DNA of 64,000 nt, from positions 4,650,001 through 4,714,000 of the forward strand of contig NC_089432.1 in assembly GCF_026210795.1 (NCBI RefSeq), in the 5' to 3' direction. The number at the start of each line of letters is the position of its first letter. The first letter of the stretch is position 1. The DNA comes from Rhizophagus irregularis (taxonomy: Eukaryota). Of the stretch, positions 39,268-51,239 are shown piece by piece. The notes beneath the pieces were generated by a model. It was not told the origin of the DNA. It saw only the letters and a list, made by a program, of their open reading frames with translations, and did not search any database. The position numbers and the translations under genes were made by a program.

Positions 39268-39621
39268 TGTTATGCCTCGGGTGTCAGTTTGCGTCAGTTG
39301 ATAATTGACGCGTGTCACCTGTAGTAAACATCGTTTTATTAATAAAATTATTTTTTATACAACGAATTATACATATTATGAAAATTTTATACTTATTTGA
39401 TTTATGTGAAATTATATATTGTAAAACTTAATTTCTAAATGATTTTGAACGAAGTGCTTTCCACGAGTTTGAGTCTAATCAATCCAATATTTTAGGATTA
39501 CATATTTTTAATACGATAAATAAATTTATTTAATAATAAAAATTTATTAAGACTGGAAAATTTAATCAATCTAGCGCACATCAGCTATCAACTGACACAA
39601 ATCGACACTTAAGACACAACA
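39268..39621. mobile_element. MITE with ~50-bp imperfect TIRs in a TA context
   Basis: TGTTATGCCTCGGGTGTCAGTTTGCGTCAGTTGATA / TATCAACTGACACAAATCGACACTTAAGACACAACA. Confidence 0.75.
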
Positions 39622-39756
39622 TATATATATATATTAAAAAAAAAAATATACTTGTATAAGAATAATTATTAAACTTTAACAAGACACTTATTTGTATACG
39701 CTCATTTATATACTTCGGAGAACTATATTTACTAGTAAATTAGAAAAAAAAATAAT

Positions 39757-40896
39757 TCAATAATTTAATTGATTTTGTTGTTTTTGAAGTTTTTCTAATC
39801 TATATTGTGCATTTTTATATCCTTGTTTGGACGATTCTTTATACCAATAAATTGCTTTGCCTATATCTTTTGTAATTCCTTTTCCATATTCATACATAAT
39901 ACCAAGATTATATCGTGCTACCATACTTCCTAAATTTGCTGATTTTTGAAATAATTCAAATGCTTTTTGCATATCAATTTCAGTTCCAGTGCCATTTTCA
40001 TAACAACATCCTAACATCATTATTCCATCTGGAAATTGTTCTTCGGCTGATTGCTTAAATAATTCAAAAGCTTTATTATCATCTTTTTTAACACCCATTC
40101 CTTCTTTATAAAAAAGACCAAGACTACATACAGCTATTGTATTTCCATTATTTGCAGCTTTTTCATACCAATAAAAAGCCTTTTTTAAATCTTTTTTAAT
40201 ACCAATACCATTTTTATAAAAATAACCAATTCTTACTTGTCCATTTGCAAAATTTTTATAAGCCACTTTCTCAATATACTCAAAAGCTAATTTTTCATTT
40301 TTTATGGTTCCATATCCATTTTTATAACAATCACCAACATAAATTTGTACTAATATATGATTTTTTTCTAATGCATTTATAAATAAATTAAATGCTTTCA
40401 CATCATTTCTGTTTGTTTCAATTCCCTGATAATTAAAATACCCAAGTAAAAAAATGGAATTTGAACTATTTTGGTTACTTAATAACCAATTATAAATTTC
40501 TTGTGAACTAATATTATAATTATTAAAATATTCAACAACTCGTTCCTTCATTAATTTCGAATCAATTCCTTTATTTGATAATCTAAAAATTAAATCATTT
40601 GTTTCATCAACTATTATGTCAAAACCTTTTTTAAGTAGAAGTTTTTCTTGTTCATTTGATACTGTTATAGGATCAATTTCTTTTATATTTATTTTGTCAA
40701 AATATTGAATAATTTGAGATAATTCTTTTTGTAATTCTGAATGATTTGTCCTAAAAGAGGTCTCAATAAGTTCTTGTTGACTTGAGAATTGAGTATTTTC
40801 TTTTATATCTTTTTTTGTAACGATTCTTTTTTCTTCAACCCCATTAATCCATTCATTTGTACTTTCGGTATCTTGCATTTTCTTATTACCGGACAT
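39757..40896 (-). CDS. Single-exon Sel1-repeat protein, kinase-deleted derivative (paralogue 6)
   Basis: 379-aa ORF, same fusion junction (NEWINGVEEKRIVTK), 6 Sel1 repeats. Confidence 0.9.
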   Translation of the reverse strand: MSGNKKMQDTESTNEWINGVEEKRIVTKKDIKENTQFSSQQELIETSFRTNHSELQKELSQIIQYFDKINIKEIDPITVSNEQEKLLLKKGFDIIVDETNDLIFRLSNKGIDSKLMKERVVEYFNNYNISSQEIYNWLLSNQNSSNSIFLLGYFNYQGIETNRNDVKAFNLFINALEKNHILVQIYVGDCYKNGYGTIKNEKLAFEYIEKVAYKNFANGQVRIGYFYKNGIGIKKDLKKAFYWYEKAANNGNTIAVCSLGLFYKEGMGVKKDDNKAFELFKQSAEEQFPDGIMMLGCCYENGTGTEIDMQKAFELFQKSANLGSMVARYNLGIMYEYGKGITKDIGKAIYWYKESSKQGYKNAQYRLEKLQKQQNQLNY

Positions 40897-41439
40897 ATTT
40901 GAATAATAACAGGAAGGGAAAGTTTTAAAACCGATAGGATTGAACGGTCAATTTTTATTTTGTAACGAAAAATAACCCCCTTTATGCGCCGAATATTGTC
41001 GCACAGCGTCAGTTAGTGTCACCAAACAAAAATGTTGTCTATCAGTCGATATTAACCGCAGTACCGCAGTTAAATAGAATTTTTTTTTTAATTGGTTACA
41101 ACGCATTTCTTTTATAGAGCCTTGTAAAAATAAATCATTTGAAATTTAATCGGCAGCCAATTAAATAGTAAATTTTGTCTTTTATTTGATCGTTTAATTT
41201 CTTAAAAATATATTTTTTATTTTATCAGAAACTGTAATATATGCTAAGGGTATGTTTATTAAACATTTTTGTGATTTAACTAGAACTGTACCACTATGGC
41301 CGCCTGGCGGCGGCCTTCAAAATAAAATTAGGTGTAACATGAGCATAAATGCATAGTCAAATAAACATTTTTTTTAAAGAACCCCTAATTGCTTTATTAT
41401 ACTTATATGATAACTGATAACATGATAATCTAGGTTTGT

Positions 41440-41568
41440 TTATGAAATAGGAAGCGGTTGTGATGCTATTTGTTCCAAGCGAGAATATTCTTTAATCACA
41501 TTTGGATCTACTTTGAATGCATCTCTATTTAAATTCATTGTTTGAATTTGATCCCATTTAGGACATCT
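41440..41568 (-). pseudogene. C-terminal remnant of a Helitron PIF1-like helicase
   Basis: RCPKWDQIQTMNLNRDAFKVDPNVIKEYSRLEQIASQPLPIS* resembles the tail after PIF1 motif VI (YVALSR) and sits just inside the Helitron 3' end; recognised from memory of the family. Confidence 0.65.
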
Positions 41569-42629
41569 GATTCAGTTTTATTGATTTAATGTTAGTAATA
41601 AATTATTAAAAAAATTATTAGTAATCAAATTATTATGAAAGTTTTAATAGTTCGTATATATATGATCAGTGATCTATAACATATATTTGTAATATTATTA
41701 TTAAGGATCAACAATTAAATTTTACAATAACTTCAATTTTTTTTTTTAATAAAAAATAAATAAATATAATGTTTATTACATATAAGATATAAAAAATACC
41801 AGATAATAAAAATGAATTTTAAAAACAGTTCGTATTTGTCAGGTGATCTATGACATGCATAATAGTACGATCAGCAATTAAATTTTTCGTTGACTTCAAA
41901 TTTTTTTTTTTTTGAACTAATTATACTTTGATATAAAAATAAAATAAATGCAACTTCTTTTATTTCATTTATTTCATTGAAAAATAAATAAAGTACTTAT
42001 TACATATAAAATATAAAAAACAATAGATAATAAAAAAAGAATTTTAAAAACAGTTCGTATTTGTCAGGTGATCTATGACATGTGTAACATGATTAGCAAT
42101 TAAATTTTACGTAGACTTCAAATTTTTTTTTAAACCACTTTTCTTTGACATAAAAAATAAAATACGTTTTTTATTTCATTAAAAAAAATAAATATAGCAC
42201 TTATTACATATAAAATATAAAGAACAGATAATAAAAAAAATTAAAGAAAAGATTATTACTGGGTTACGTTAGTTCATAAACATTATTTAGTTTTTGTTTT
42301 TTTCTACCTCTTGTTGAATTTGAAATTTTTGGTGTATTATTTTTTTTTTAATATTTTCGTTTCTCTCTTCATTTTCTTATATTTTCATTTCTTTTTTCAT
42401 TTTCTTCAATATTTTCATTAATTCTTTCTTCATTTTCTTCATTTGTAATAGAAATTTCACTATCATGAATTTCATCACTTTGTTGATTTTGTAATAGCAA
42501 AGATCTTCAAAATCTGTTATAGAACAAAGAATTTCTCTCATACAACAGAATTCAACAACACAACCATCATTGTCAATGACACCAACTAAAAATAAACGTA
42601 AAACAAATATGACTAAAATAGCAGATATT

Positions 42630-43579
42630 TCAAGATCCTTTATTACGTGAATCAGATTTTGATTTCCATGGAACTACAATACTGTTATCTGATTCTATTT
42701 TTGCTGATACAAACTGAAATTCCAAAATTTCACAGTATAATTGATCTTTTGCAAAAAAAAATACTCCTGTTGTATGAACTGTTGAATTTTTTCTGGCTTT
42801 TGTTAACGCGTTCTTAAATCGCCCATTTGGTGGGTGAGTTAAATTTACAGTAAATGGAGTAAATTGATCCTTAGATATATAAATATGGCTTTACTTGTAT
42901 TTGTAAAGTATATCCACTTTCTGTTAATTCTGCATACCCCAAATCACTGGTAAAAAAATGGTCTATCCTACACATATCCTACACATATCTTACATATATC
43001 GGGTACTCAAAATGTAGAAAATCATACACAAATAATACACATATCATACACATATCGGGTACTTATATATATAGTATACCTATCAGATACCTGATATATG
43101 TATGATATATATATTAGTACCCGATATGTGTATGATATGTGTATTATTTGTGTATGATTTTCTACATTTTAAGTACCCAATATGTGTAAGATATGTGTAG
43201 GATAAATCATTTTTTTACCAGTGAAAGTCTTTCCAAGAAGATGTACAGTTGGTTTTATTATAGGAATATCTTCCTTATCGATAAGGAGTTGTACATTAGT
43301 TGTAATAGAGACGTTTATTGAACCATCTTGAGTTGTTGAAAATTTTCCTGTAATTAAGTATACATTTTCTGCCTTAAGTGGCGAAGTTACTTCAGATCCA
43401 TCATCTGAATCAAGGTCTGTGTTATTTATTAAGGTCATATAATTGTAAAATTTATATATTTGAAATGCATCTTCATTATCAATTCGGGAAATAGCCATGC
43501 CTTTCTGCAAGACACTATTATTAATAGTTTCATCAGTCACAGAAAGTATATACACGATGGTTGTAATGTTTGCAATCAT
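42630..43579 (-). pseudogene. Helitron cargo gene, beta-rich (possibly OB-fold/ssDNA-binding-like), broken by a MITE and a frameshift
   Basis: MIANITTIVYILSV...VYLITGKFS...PTVHLLGKT [MITE] LGYAELTESGYTLQIQVKPY (frameshift) SKDQFTPFTVNLTHPPNGRFKNAL...YCEILEFQFV. The fold is inferred only. Confidence 0.65.
42945..43223. mobile_element. CACTG-terminal (CACTA/CMC-like) foldback MITE nested in the Helitron
   Basis: CACTGGTAAAAAAATG...CATTTTTTTACCAGTG, near fully palindromic; interrupts the cargo ORF. Confidence 0.88.
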
Positions 43580-45564
43580 ATTTCGAAATTTTTTTTGAAT
43601 CTGATTATTATTAAAATGAAAAATGAATAAAAGTAAAAAAAAGTAAATGAATTACTTATATTTATAAAAAAAATTATGACTTTAATATATTTATAATATA
43701 TTTTATTTTTTAAAAAAAAGTAATAATATTACAATTATTTATTATTATTTATGATTTATGATTATTAAAAAAATGTGATTTTATTACAATTTATTACAAA
43801 ATTATGATACATTTTATTTAAAACTTAAAAAAGTGGTTCATTGAAAAAATTACGATTTTATTATTTATTAATATATGAAAAATTTTGATTTTTATCAAAT
43901 TTATTAAAAAAAATGCAATTTTATTGAAAAAATTACGATTTTATTACAATTTATTGCAAAATTATGATGATTTTATTACATTTATTTAAATTTAAAAAAA
44001 AGTAGTTTTCATTGAAAAATTGCGATTTTATTATTTATTTACATTGAAAAAAAATTGATTTTATCAAAAATTTATTACAATTTATATAATAAAATTAATT
44101 TATTAATTTATATAATAGTTTATGATTGAAATAACATAATCTCATTAACTGTTAAATATTACTTTATTAATTAAATAAATGATAAAAAAAAGGGTAATTT
44201 TATTAGAACTAATTTGTTTATAGTTACTATATGCGGCTTTAAATTTTCTAACCTGTGAATTCAATTTTAGTTTATTTTCATTGTAACGTAAATGATGATC
44301 ATCTTTCAATTTTTCAATTTGTAAATTTATTTATTTTTTATTATTAAAAAAGTGTAATAATCTGTTGAAAAAAACCACACTTTTATAATTATAGCTATAA
44401 AAAAAGGGTAACTAATTTATTTATAGTTATTAATTGCGGCTTTAGTTCTTTTAACTAATATTAACATGTGAATTTAATTGTAGATTATTTTCATTGTAAC
44501 GTAAATGATGATCATCTTTCAATTTTCAATTTGTAAATTTATTTTTTTTATTATTAATTAAAAAAACAAATAAAAAAATACAATTTTATTAATAAAAAAA
44601 GGTAGCTTCATTATAACTAATTTATTTATAGTCATTAATTGCGGGCTTTAGTTCTTTTAACTAATATTAACATGTGAATTTAATTGTAGATTATTTTCAT
44701 TGTGACGTAAATGATGATCATCTTTCGATTTTCAATTTGTAAATTTATTTATTTTTTTTTATTATTAATTAAAAAAATGTGTAATTTATGGGAAAAATCA
44801 CAATTTTTAATTTAATTAACAAACAAATAAAAAAATACAATTTTATTAATAAAAAAAAGTACCTTCATTATAACTAATTTATTTATAGTTACTATATACA
44901 AGTTTCAATTTTTATAACATGTGAATCCAATTTTAGATTATTTTTACTTACTGTGACGTAAATGATGATCAACTTCAATTCACGAAATTTATTTAAACAA
45001 CTGCTGTCCAAAAAACAATCAATTGATATATTGAAATTGAAATTGAAATTGAAATTCATTGCAATGAAACGAAATTTCAATTATGTTTATATATATTTTA
45101 TATAAAAACGGACCCTGTTTTGCCATATTTGCTAACCAAATTAGGACCTACTTCCTTCTTTTTTTGGAATACAACTTATTATTACAACGGCCAATCACAA
45201 TAAACAACACTATGAAATTTAGATCATCTGATTGCTAACAACTTTGTATCGTGATCTGTATATATTGATAAAAAACAACTAAAATGGACGATCTCTTAAT
45301 TAGACTAAGAACTCTAAATTACTTTAATCTTGTTGCTAAACATGGATTTTTTTGTCAACGGAAAAGTTTGAAATTTAAGCCACTGAAGTACTTATGTGGA
45401 TACTTTTGATTCAACATAATAAACTAGAGGATACCCTTGAAGTAATATCATCTTCTATAACCACGAATATACCGTAAAATGTGAGTCTTCATTCATCAAG
45501 AATATCGCAGAATGGCAGAAGGATTACGCAGTATCTAACATTTAAGATAATGCAAACTTAATTT

Positions 45565-45765
45565 TTAGGTTTTCATAACATAACAATTTTGAAAATGACC
45601 CGGCACCCGGCTTTCAAAAAATTTTATATGTAAAAGAAAATTTTTTTTTAACTTTTATAAAAAAAAATCTTACCCGGTATAATAATTTGTTTTTTTTTTT
45701 TTGAGATTTAAAAAAAACTAACCCGGCCGGGATATGAAAACGGAAAAATTAAGTTTATGTGGCCT
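45565..45765. mobile_element. Degenerate MITE related to 57156-57399
   Basis: Shares AAAATGACCC(G/A)GC..CCGGC and ACCCGGCCGGG motifs; absent from the paralogous flank at ~36700-36725. Confidence 0.5.
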
Positions 45766-45894
45766 AATTTTATTATTCTTTCTTTTCACCTCTTTCTTTA
45801 TTGCGTAACCTAAACTAGTAATATAATAAGAGAAAGACTGGGTCTCACCGGACTTATTTTTTATTTTCATTGCGCGATGAATATTTTTTATAAA

Positions 45895-46078
45895 AATGTT
45901 AATTCAGTGAAATGGAATTCGGCGAGATAGACGATTCGGTGAAATTGATCCGATAAAATGCACTTTCAGTGAAACGTTCTTTCGGCGAATATCCCTTCGG
46001 CAAAACATCCCTTCGGTGAAATGGTTTCAGCAAGATGGGTTTCGGCGAAATAGATTTCAGCAAAATGTATTGTAACCA
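45895..46078. mobile_element. Solo MULE-type TIR (tandem TTTCGGCGAAA units ending TGTAACC)
   Basis: ~15-16 bp subrepeats; resembles the right end at 12060-12127. Confidence 0.6.
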
Positions 46079-46378
46079 CTTAAATTTATTTTTATGACAA
46101 AAGTATGTTATAGGTGATATATGTATATGCAAGTATTCATTGATACTTATGCATAAGTTTACTATATCGTAATATTTCTTTGAGCATAACTCATAAATAA
46201 ATAAAAAATCTCATTGTGTTAATAAAAATTATATTCTTATATTTTATTCAAAAAAATATTTCTCTTTCTCTAAATAAATCTTTTGTTTTTAGATATATAC
46301 AAAAGTATTGCCTTAATACTACTTTCATATATAAGATTATTTCATAAATTAGACTGAGACAGAATTTATATTAAATTA

Positions 46379-47503
46379 TTAATAATGTTGAAGGAATACT
46401 AATCTATTTTCTGCATCTTGATCACCTTGTTCAGCACATTTTCCATACCAATAAATTGCTTTGTTTATATCTTTTGTAATTCCTTTTCCAAACTCATACA
46501 TAATACCAAGATTATATTGTGCCACTAATTCTCCTAAATTTGCTGATTTTTGGTATAATTCAAACGCTTTTTGCTTATCAATTTTAGTTCCAACACCAAT
46601 TTCATAACAAACTCCTAACATTGTTATTCCACGTAAATATCCTCCTTCAGCTGATTGCTTAAGCAATTTAAAGGCTCTATTACAATCTCTCTTAACACCC
46701 ATTCCATTTTTATAACAACGGCCAAGATTATATACAGCCATTATATTTCCATTATTTGCAGCCTTTTCATACCAATAAAAGGCCTTTTTAAAATTTTGTG
46801 TAATACCTAATCCATTTTCATAAAAATAACCAATTTCTGCTTGCCCATGGGAGAAATTTTTATTAGCCGATTTTTCAAAATATTCAAAAGCTAATTTTTC
46901 ATTTTTTATAGTTCCATTACCAAATTCATAACAATTCCCAGCAAAATATTGTGCAAGTATATGATTTTTTTCTGATGCTTTAATAAATAAATTAAATGCT
47001 TTTTTAGTATTCACACTTGTTTCAATTCCTCTGTTATTAAAATACCCAAGTAAAAAAATGGAATTTGCACTATTTTGATTATATGATGACCAATTATAAA
47101 TTTCTTGTAAATTAATATTATGATTATTAAAATAATCAATAACTAACTCTTCTAATAACTTCCATTCAATTCCTTTACTTAATAATCTAAAAATTAAATC
47201 ATTTGTTTTATCAACTATTATGTCAAAACCTTTTTTAAATAAAAGTTTTTCTTTTTCATTTGACACTATTATAGGATCAATTTCTTTTATATTTATTTTA
47301 TCAAAATATTGAATAATTTGAAATAATTCTTCTTGTAATTCTAAATTATTGATCCCTAAAGAAGTCTCATTAAGTTCTTGTTTGTTTGAAAATTGAGTAC
47401 TAATTTCTGTTATATCTTTTTTTGTAATGATTTTTTCTTCTTCAATCCGATTAATCCATTTATTTATATTTTTGGTATCTTGCATTTTATTATTACCAGA
47501 CAT
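46379..47503 (-). CDS. Single-exon Sel1-repeat protein, kinase-deleted derivative (paralogue 7)
   Basis: 374-aa ORF, junction NKWINRIEEEKIITK, 6 Sel1 repeats. Confidence 0.9.
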   Translation of the reverse strand: MSGNNKMQDTKNINKWINRIEEEKIITKKDITEISTQFSNKQELNETSLGINNLELQEELFQIIQYFDKINIKEIDPIIVSNEKEKLLFKKGFDIIVDKTNDLIFRLLSKGIEWKLLEELVIDYFNNHNINLQEIYNWSSYNQNSANSIFLLGYFNNRGIETSVNTKKAFNLFIKASEKNHILAQYFAGNCYEFGNGTIKNEKLAFEYFEKSANKNFSHGQAEIGYFYENGLGITQNFKKAFYWYEKAANNGNIMAVYNLGRCYKNGMGVKRDCNRAFKLLKQSAEGGYLRGITMLGVCYEIGVGTKIDKQKAFELYQKSANLGELVAQYNLGIMYEFGKGITKDINKAIYWYGKCAEQGDQDAENRLVFLQHY

Positions 47504-48543
47504 ATTGAAATAATAATAATTGACAGAAAAGTTAAAAAAAATTGGAAAAATTTTATTATGTATTGAGTAACGAAAATTAACCCTTTTAAGTATTTATTCG
47601 GATTTTTTCTCCGAATGTTGTCGCACGGCACCGCTAGTATCACCAAACAAAAAAGCTTGACTATCAGTTGATATTAACCGCAGTACCTCAAAAGATACTG
47701 CGCCAGACTTTTGCTGTACCGTTGCATGTGACGAGATTCATGTGAGTAATTTCACTGCGTCTATTGTACGCGAACTTTTTCATTAATTACGTTGGTTTAT
47801 TATATTGTTAAAATTATTATTCAAATAGAAAGTATAAAAAATTCTGAAACAATGTCGAACCAATTTTAGGTGTGGCCGAGACTCGAATTAAATTTCTCTT
47901 ATTAATACACGAATATCAAACATAGTAATACGGCAACATGGTGAAGAATATCTAAAAAAAAAGAAATTAAATAAAAAGGTCGAATAACAGAATTTTGTAA
48001 TGGTACCCACGCTATAAACAGAATGTATTATTACAATAATCGAATATTCAATCAAAGTATAATGTATTCCTTGTTAAATTGTTGTATTAAATTAATTGTC
48101 AAGAACTATTTTTAGTATTTGGATTAATTTGATATAATTCAAAAAAAAAAAATTTTTAAATGCTTATATTCTTTATAAATTTACCATTTATCATTGAGAA
48201 AAAACCCGAAAAATCAATTACCTCAAAATAAATTTCTCACTGTTAAATTATTATGGCTGAGGCTCGATTTTTAAACAAAAAAGATCATTTAATCAAGATT
48301 GATAGGCTTTTTACTCATCTTTTTAAATTAACACTACCCGTGAGTCTGGGCGTGAGAATATCGAGAAAAAAAATCACGAATTTTAACTAATCATGGGATA
48401 GTGGGATAAATGTGGTTACTTCATTGTGTAACGTTACAAATTTTAAAGCCATCGATATACATGATTATTCCTATATTAATGAACCTAAACAATAACTTCA
48501 TCGCTTTTCTTTTTTTAAAAAAATTTTTATTTAAAAAAAATAA

Positions 48544-50065
48544 ATGGCAACAATTTTTCATCTTGGTTTCTCAAAAGACCTTTCCTTAATATTAGATGAT
48601 GCAGATGATTACAATGTCATTATTCAAGTTGGTGAAAACCAAAATATAAAAGAATTTCGTGCACATTCAGTAATTTTACGTGCTCGCTCTCCTTATTTCA
48701 AAAGTGCTCTTTCTAAAAATTGGATTACAAAGAAGGATAATATGATTATATTTAATAAATCAAATATTACTCCAACTGTTTTTTATATGATTTTGAAGTG
48801 AGGAATATCTATTTATTTTTTTTATTTATAAATTTTGAAATTTAAATTTATTAATTTATTATAAATATATATAATTTTTAATTAGATATATTTACACTGG
48901 TGAACTTGATTTAACTAAACAATCAGGTGAAAATATTCTTGGTTTGCTAATTGCATCTGATGAATTACTTCTTGAAGAATTATTTAGACATGTTCGAGAT
49001 TATTTAATCGAAAAACAAACCAAATGGGTTCATGAAAATTTTGTTCTTGTTCTTAATGTTGTGTTTAGACTTAATAATTGCAAGAAATTACAAGATTATT
49101 GTCTTGAATCTATCTGCGAAAATCCTCTACCATTTTTTTCATCAAAAATCTTTTCTTCAATAAATAAGGAAATACTTTTTGACTTGCTTGAAAGAGATGA
49201 CTTACAAATTAAAGAAGTTATCATTTGGGATTATTTAATTAAATGGGGTGTTGAACAAACTTCTGGTCTTGGGAATGAGAGTAGTAATAGAGCGAAATGG
49301 AATAATAAGGATTATAAAAAATTAAAGAAAACTTTAAATCAATTTATTCCTCTAATTCGATTTACGGAGATTTCTCGTGCAGATTTTTTTGACAAAGTCT
49401 GTCCTTATAGAACTATTATTCCTAATCATATTTATGAAGAAATCGAAGAATGTTATTGTAAAGATGCCTTACCTAAAACCGCAATTTTACCACCTAGAAC
49501 TGGTTATCCATTTGAAATCATCAAACCAATACTTGCAAAAATAATCGTTAATTGGATTGATAAAAAGGATACCATGTATATTCGTACTAGAAATGATCAA
49601 TCATATAGGTTTAAACTTATTTATCGTGGTAGTCGTGATGGAATTAGTAGTGAGTCATTTAGAAAAAAATGTAATGGACGAGTAGAAAGCTTAGTTTTAA
49701 TTAAAGTTAAAGATACAAATAAAGTTTTTGGTGGATATAGTTCTATTGGGTTTTGTTCATTAGGAAATGATTTTACTACTGATGGTAGTAATCATCATCG
49801 ATTTTACAACTCATCTGATAATTTTATTTTCTCATTTGAAGATAGTGAAGATACTCGACATATGAAAATAAGTCGGGTAGTAGACAAATCTCAAGCCATA
49901 TTGGATAGTGATTATAATGGATTTAATTTTGGTTGGGGTTCATTAACTATGGGCAATGTAAGTTTACATGCTAATAATTATAGCAATAATTATGAAAATA
50001 ATTTAAAGACTGATACAGTTTATACTATTGAAGAAATTGAAAGCTTTAACATATCTTATCAATAA
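48544..50065 (+). CDS. BTB/POZ-BACK-TLDc domain protein
   Basis: Exons 48544-48797 and 48886-50065. BTB: YNVIIQVGE..KEFRAHSVILRARSPYF..ILKYIYTG; BACK: LLERDDLQIKEVIIWDYLIKWG; TLDc: FKLIYRGSRDG..F..KC..VFGGY..NFIFSF..IEEIESF. Confidence 0.93.
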
Positions 50066-51239
50066 TTTATTATTAACAAATAAATTATAAATTATGAGGG
50101 TAAAAATATTGGTCACCCCTTAAGAGTGACTGATATGTTACCTTCCATCAATAACTGTATTATTATGCATGTATATAAATAAGCATTTTAATACTCGAGA
50201 ACGAATTAAGAATTTTATTTAACATACTAATTAACATATATTCTCATGAATACTATAAACATCTATTTGAAATAATATTTTAGTATTTTAATATATTATC
50301 CTTATGATAATTCTTTGATGAATTATGACCGATGCATTGCATGAAATATGAATCATACTAATTGTTTTACTTAAATTTGTTTCTAAATTCTCTATGTAAA
50401 TATTAATCATTGTATAAAATAACTTTAAAAAAAGATTTCTTATCTATAATATTTCAATATTTGTATCTGTAAAATTAATGTAATAAATTTAATTACGATA
50501 TTGTAATCTTTTATGTCCTAGTATCTTATTAATCATTTTCTTTATGATTTGCATTTGATTTAAAAATAAACCTGAGAAATTAACCCTATTAAGAAAGTCA
50601 CAAATAAATTAGTTTTTTGTGAATTATTATTCAATGCAAATTATTTTTACAATAACGATAATCTTACAAAGAGAGAAGAATTTTTCAGAATGTAATCTGT
50701 ATGTAATTTCATTTGCTCAACACCTTATTTAATTGAACGATTTCAAATAACAACTTCTTAAATTGATAAGTCGAAGAAATAGCTTAAAAGTTTTAAATTG
50801 AAAATTTTATACTAAAAATTGTTATTTTCAATTTATGATGTAAGATCTGATGTGAATAATCATCAGGAACTTATATTTATATAATAAATATATAGCATAT
50901 TATATAGAAGTACGTAAAAATCTTCACCCGTAGGGACCATGAACGGTGTAAAATTATGTAAAATGTTATGCAAGACTAAAGAGTATTATATATATTTATA
51001 TAGAGATTTATGTTAGCAATTTAATAAATATAAATAAATCTACACTTTTAATTATATATGAACATTTTTATTTAAAAATATGTAAAATTGCGAATAATTT
51101 TATTTAAGAATAAAAATTCAATTAGTGTTGTTACGTATTCTTATATGTTAATTTTGCTTTTTATACTTAATTCTTCTACATACTTTTATATAAATATAAT
51201 GAAATACAATGAAAATATATTAAAATATTAAAATAAGAT

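Larger units (their letters stand above)
41280..45268 (-). mobile_element. Non-autonomous Helitron (~4.0 kb)
   Basis: Minus strand A|TC...CTAG|T, 3' hairpin GGCCGCC-GCCA-GGCGGCC ~13 nt before CTAG; joined flanks recreate the paralogous empty site at ~36225-36310; internal ~200-250 bp tandem repeats at ~41645-42240 and ~44190-44990. Confidence 0.9.
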
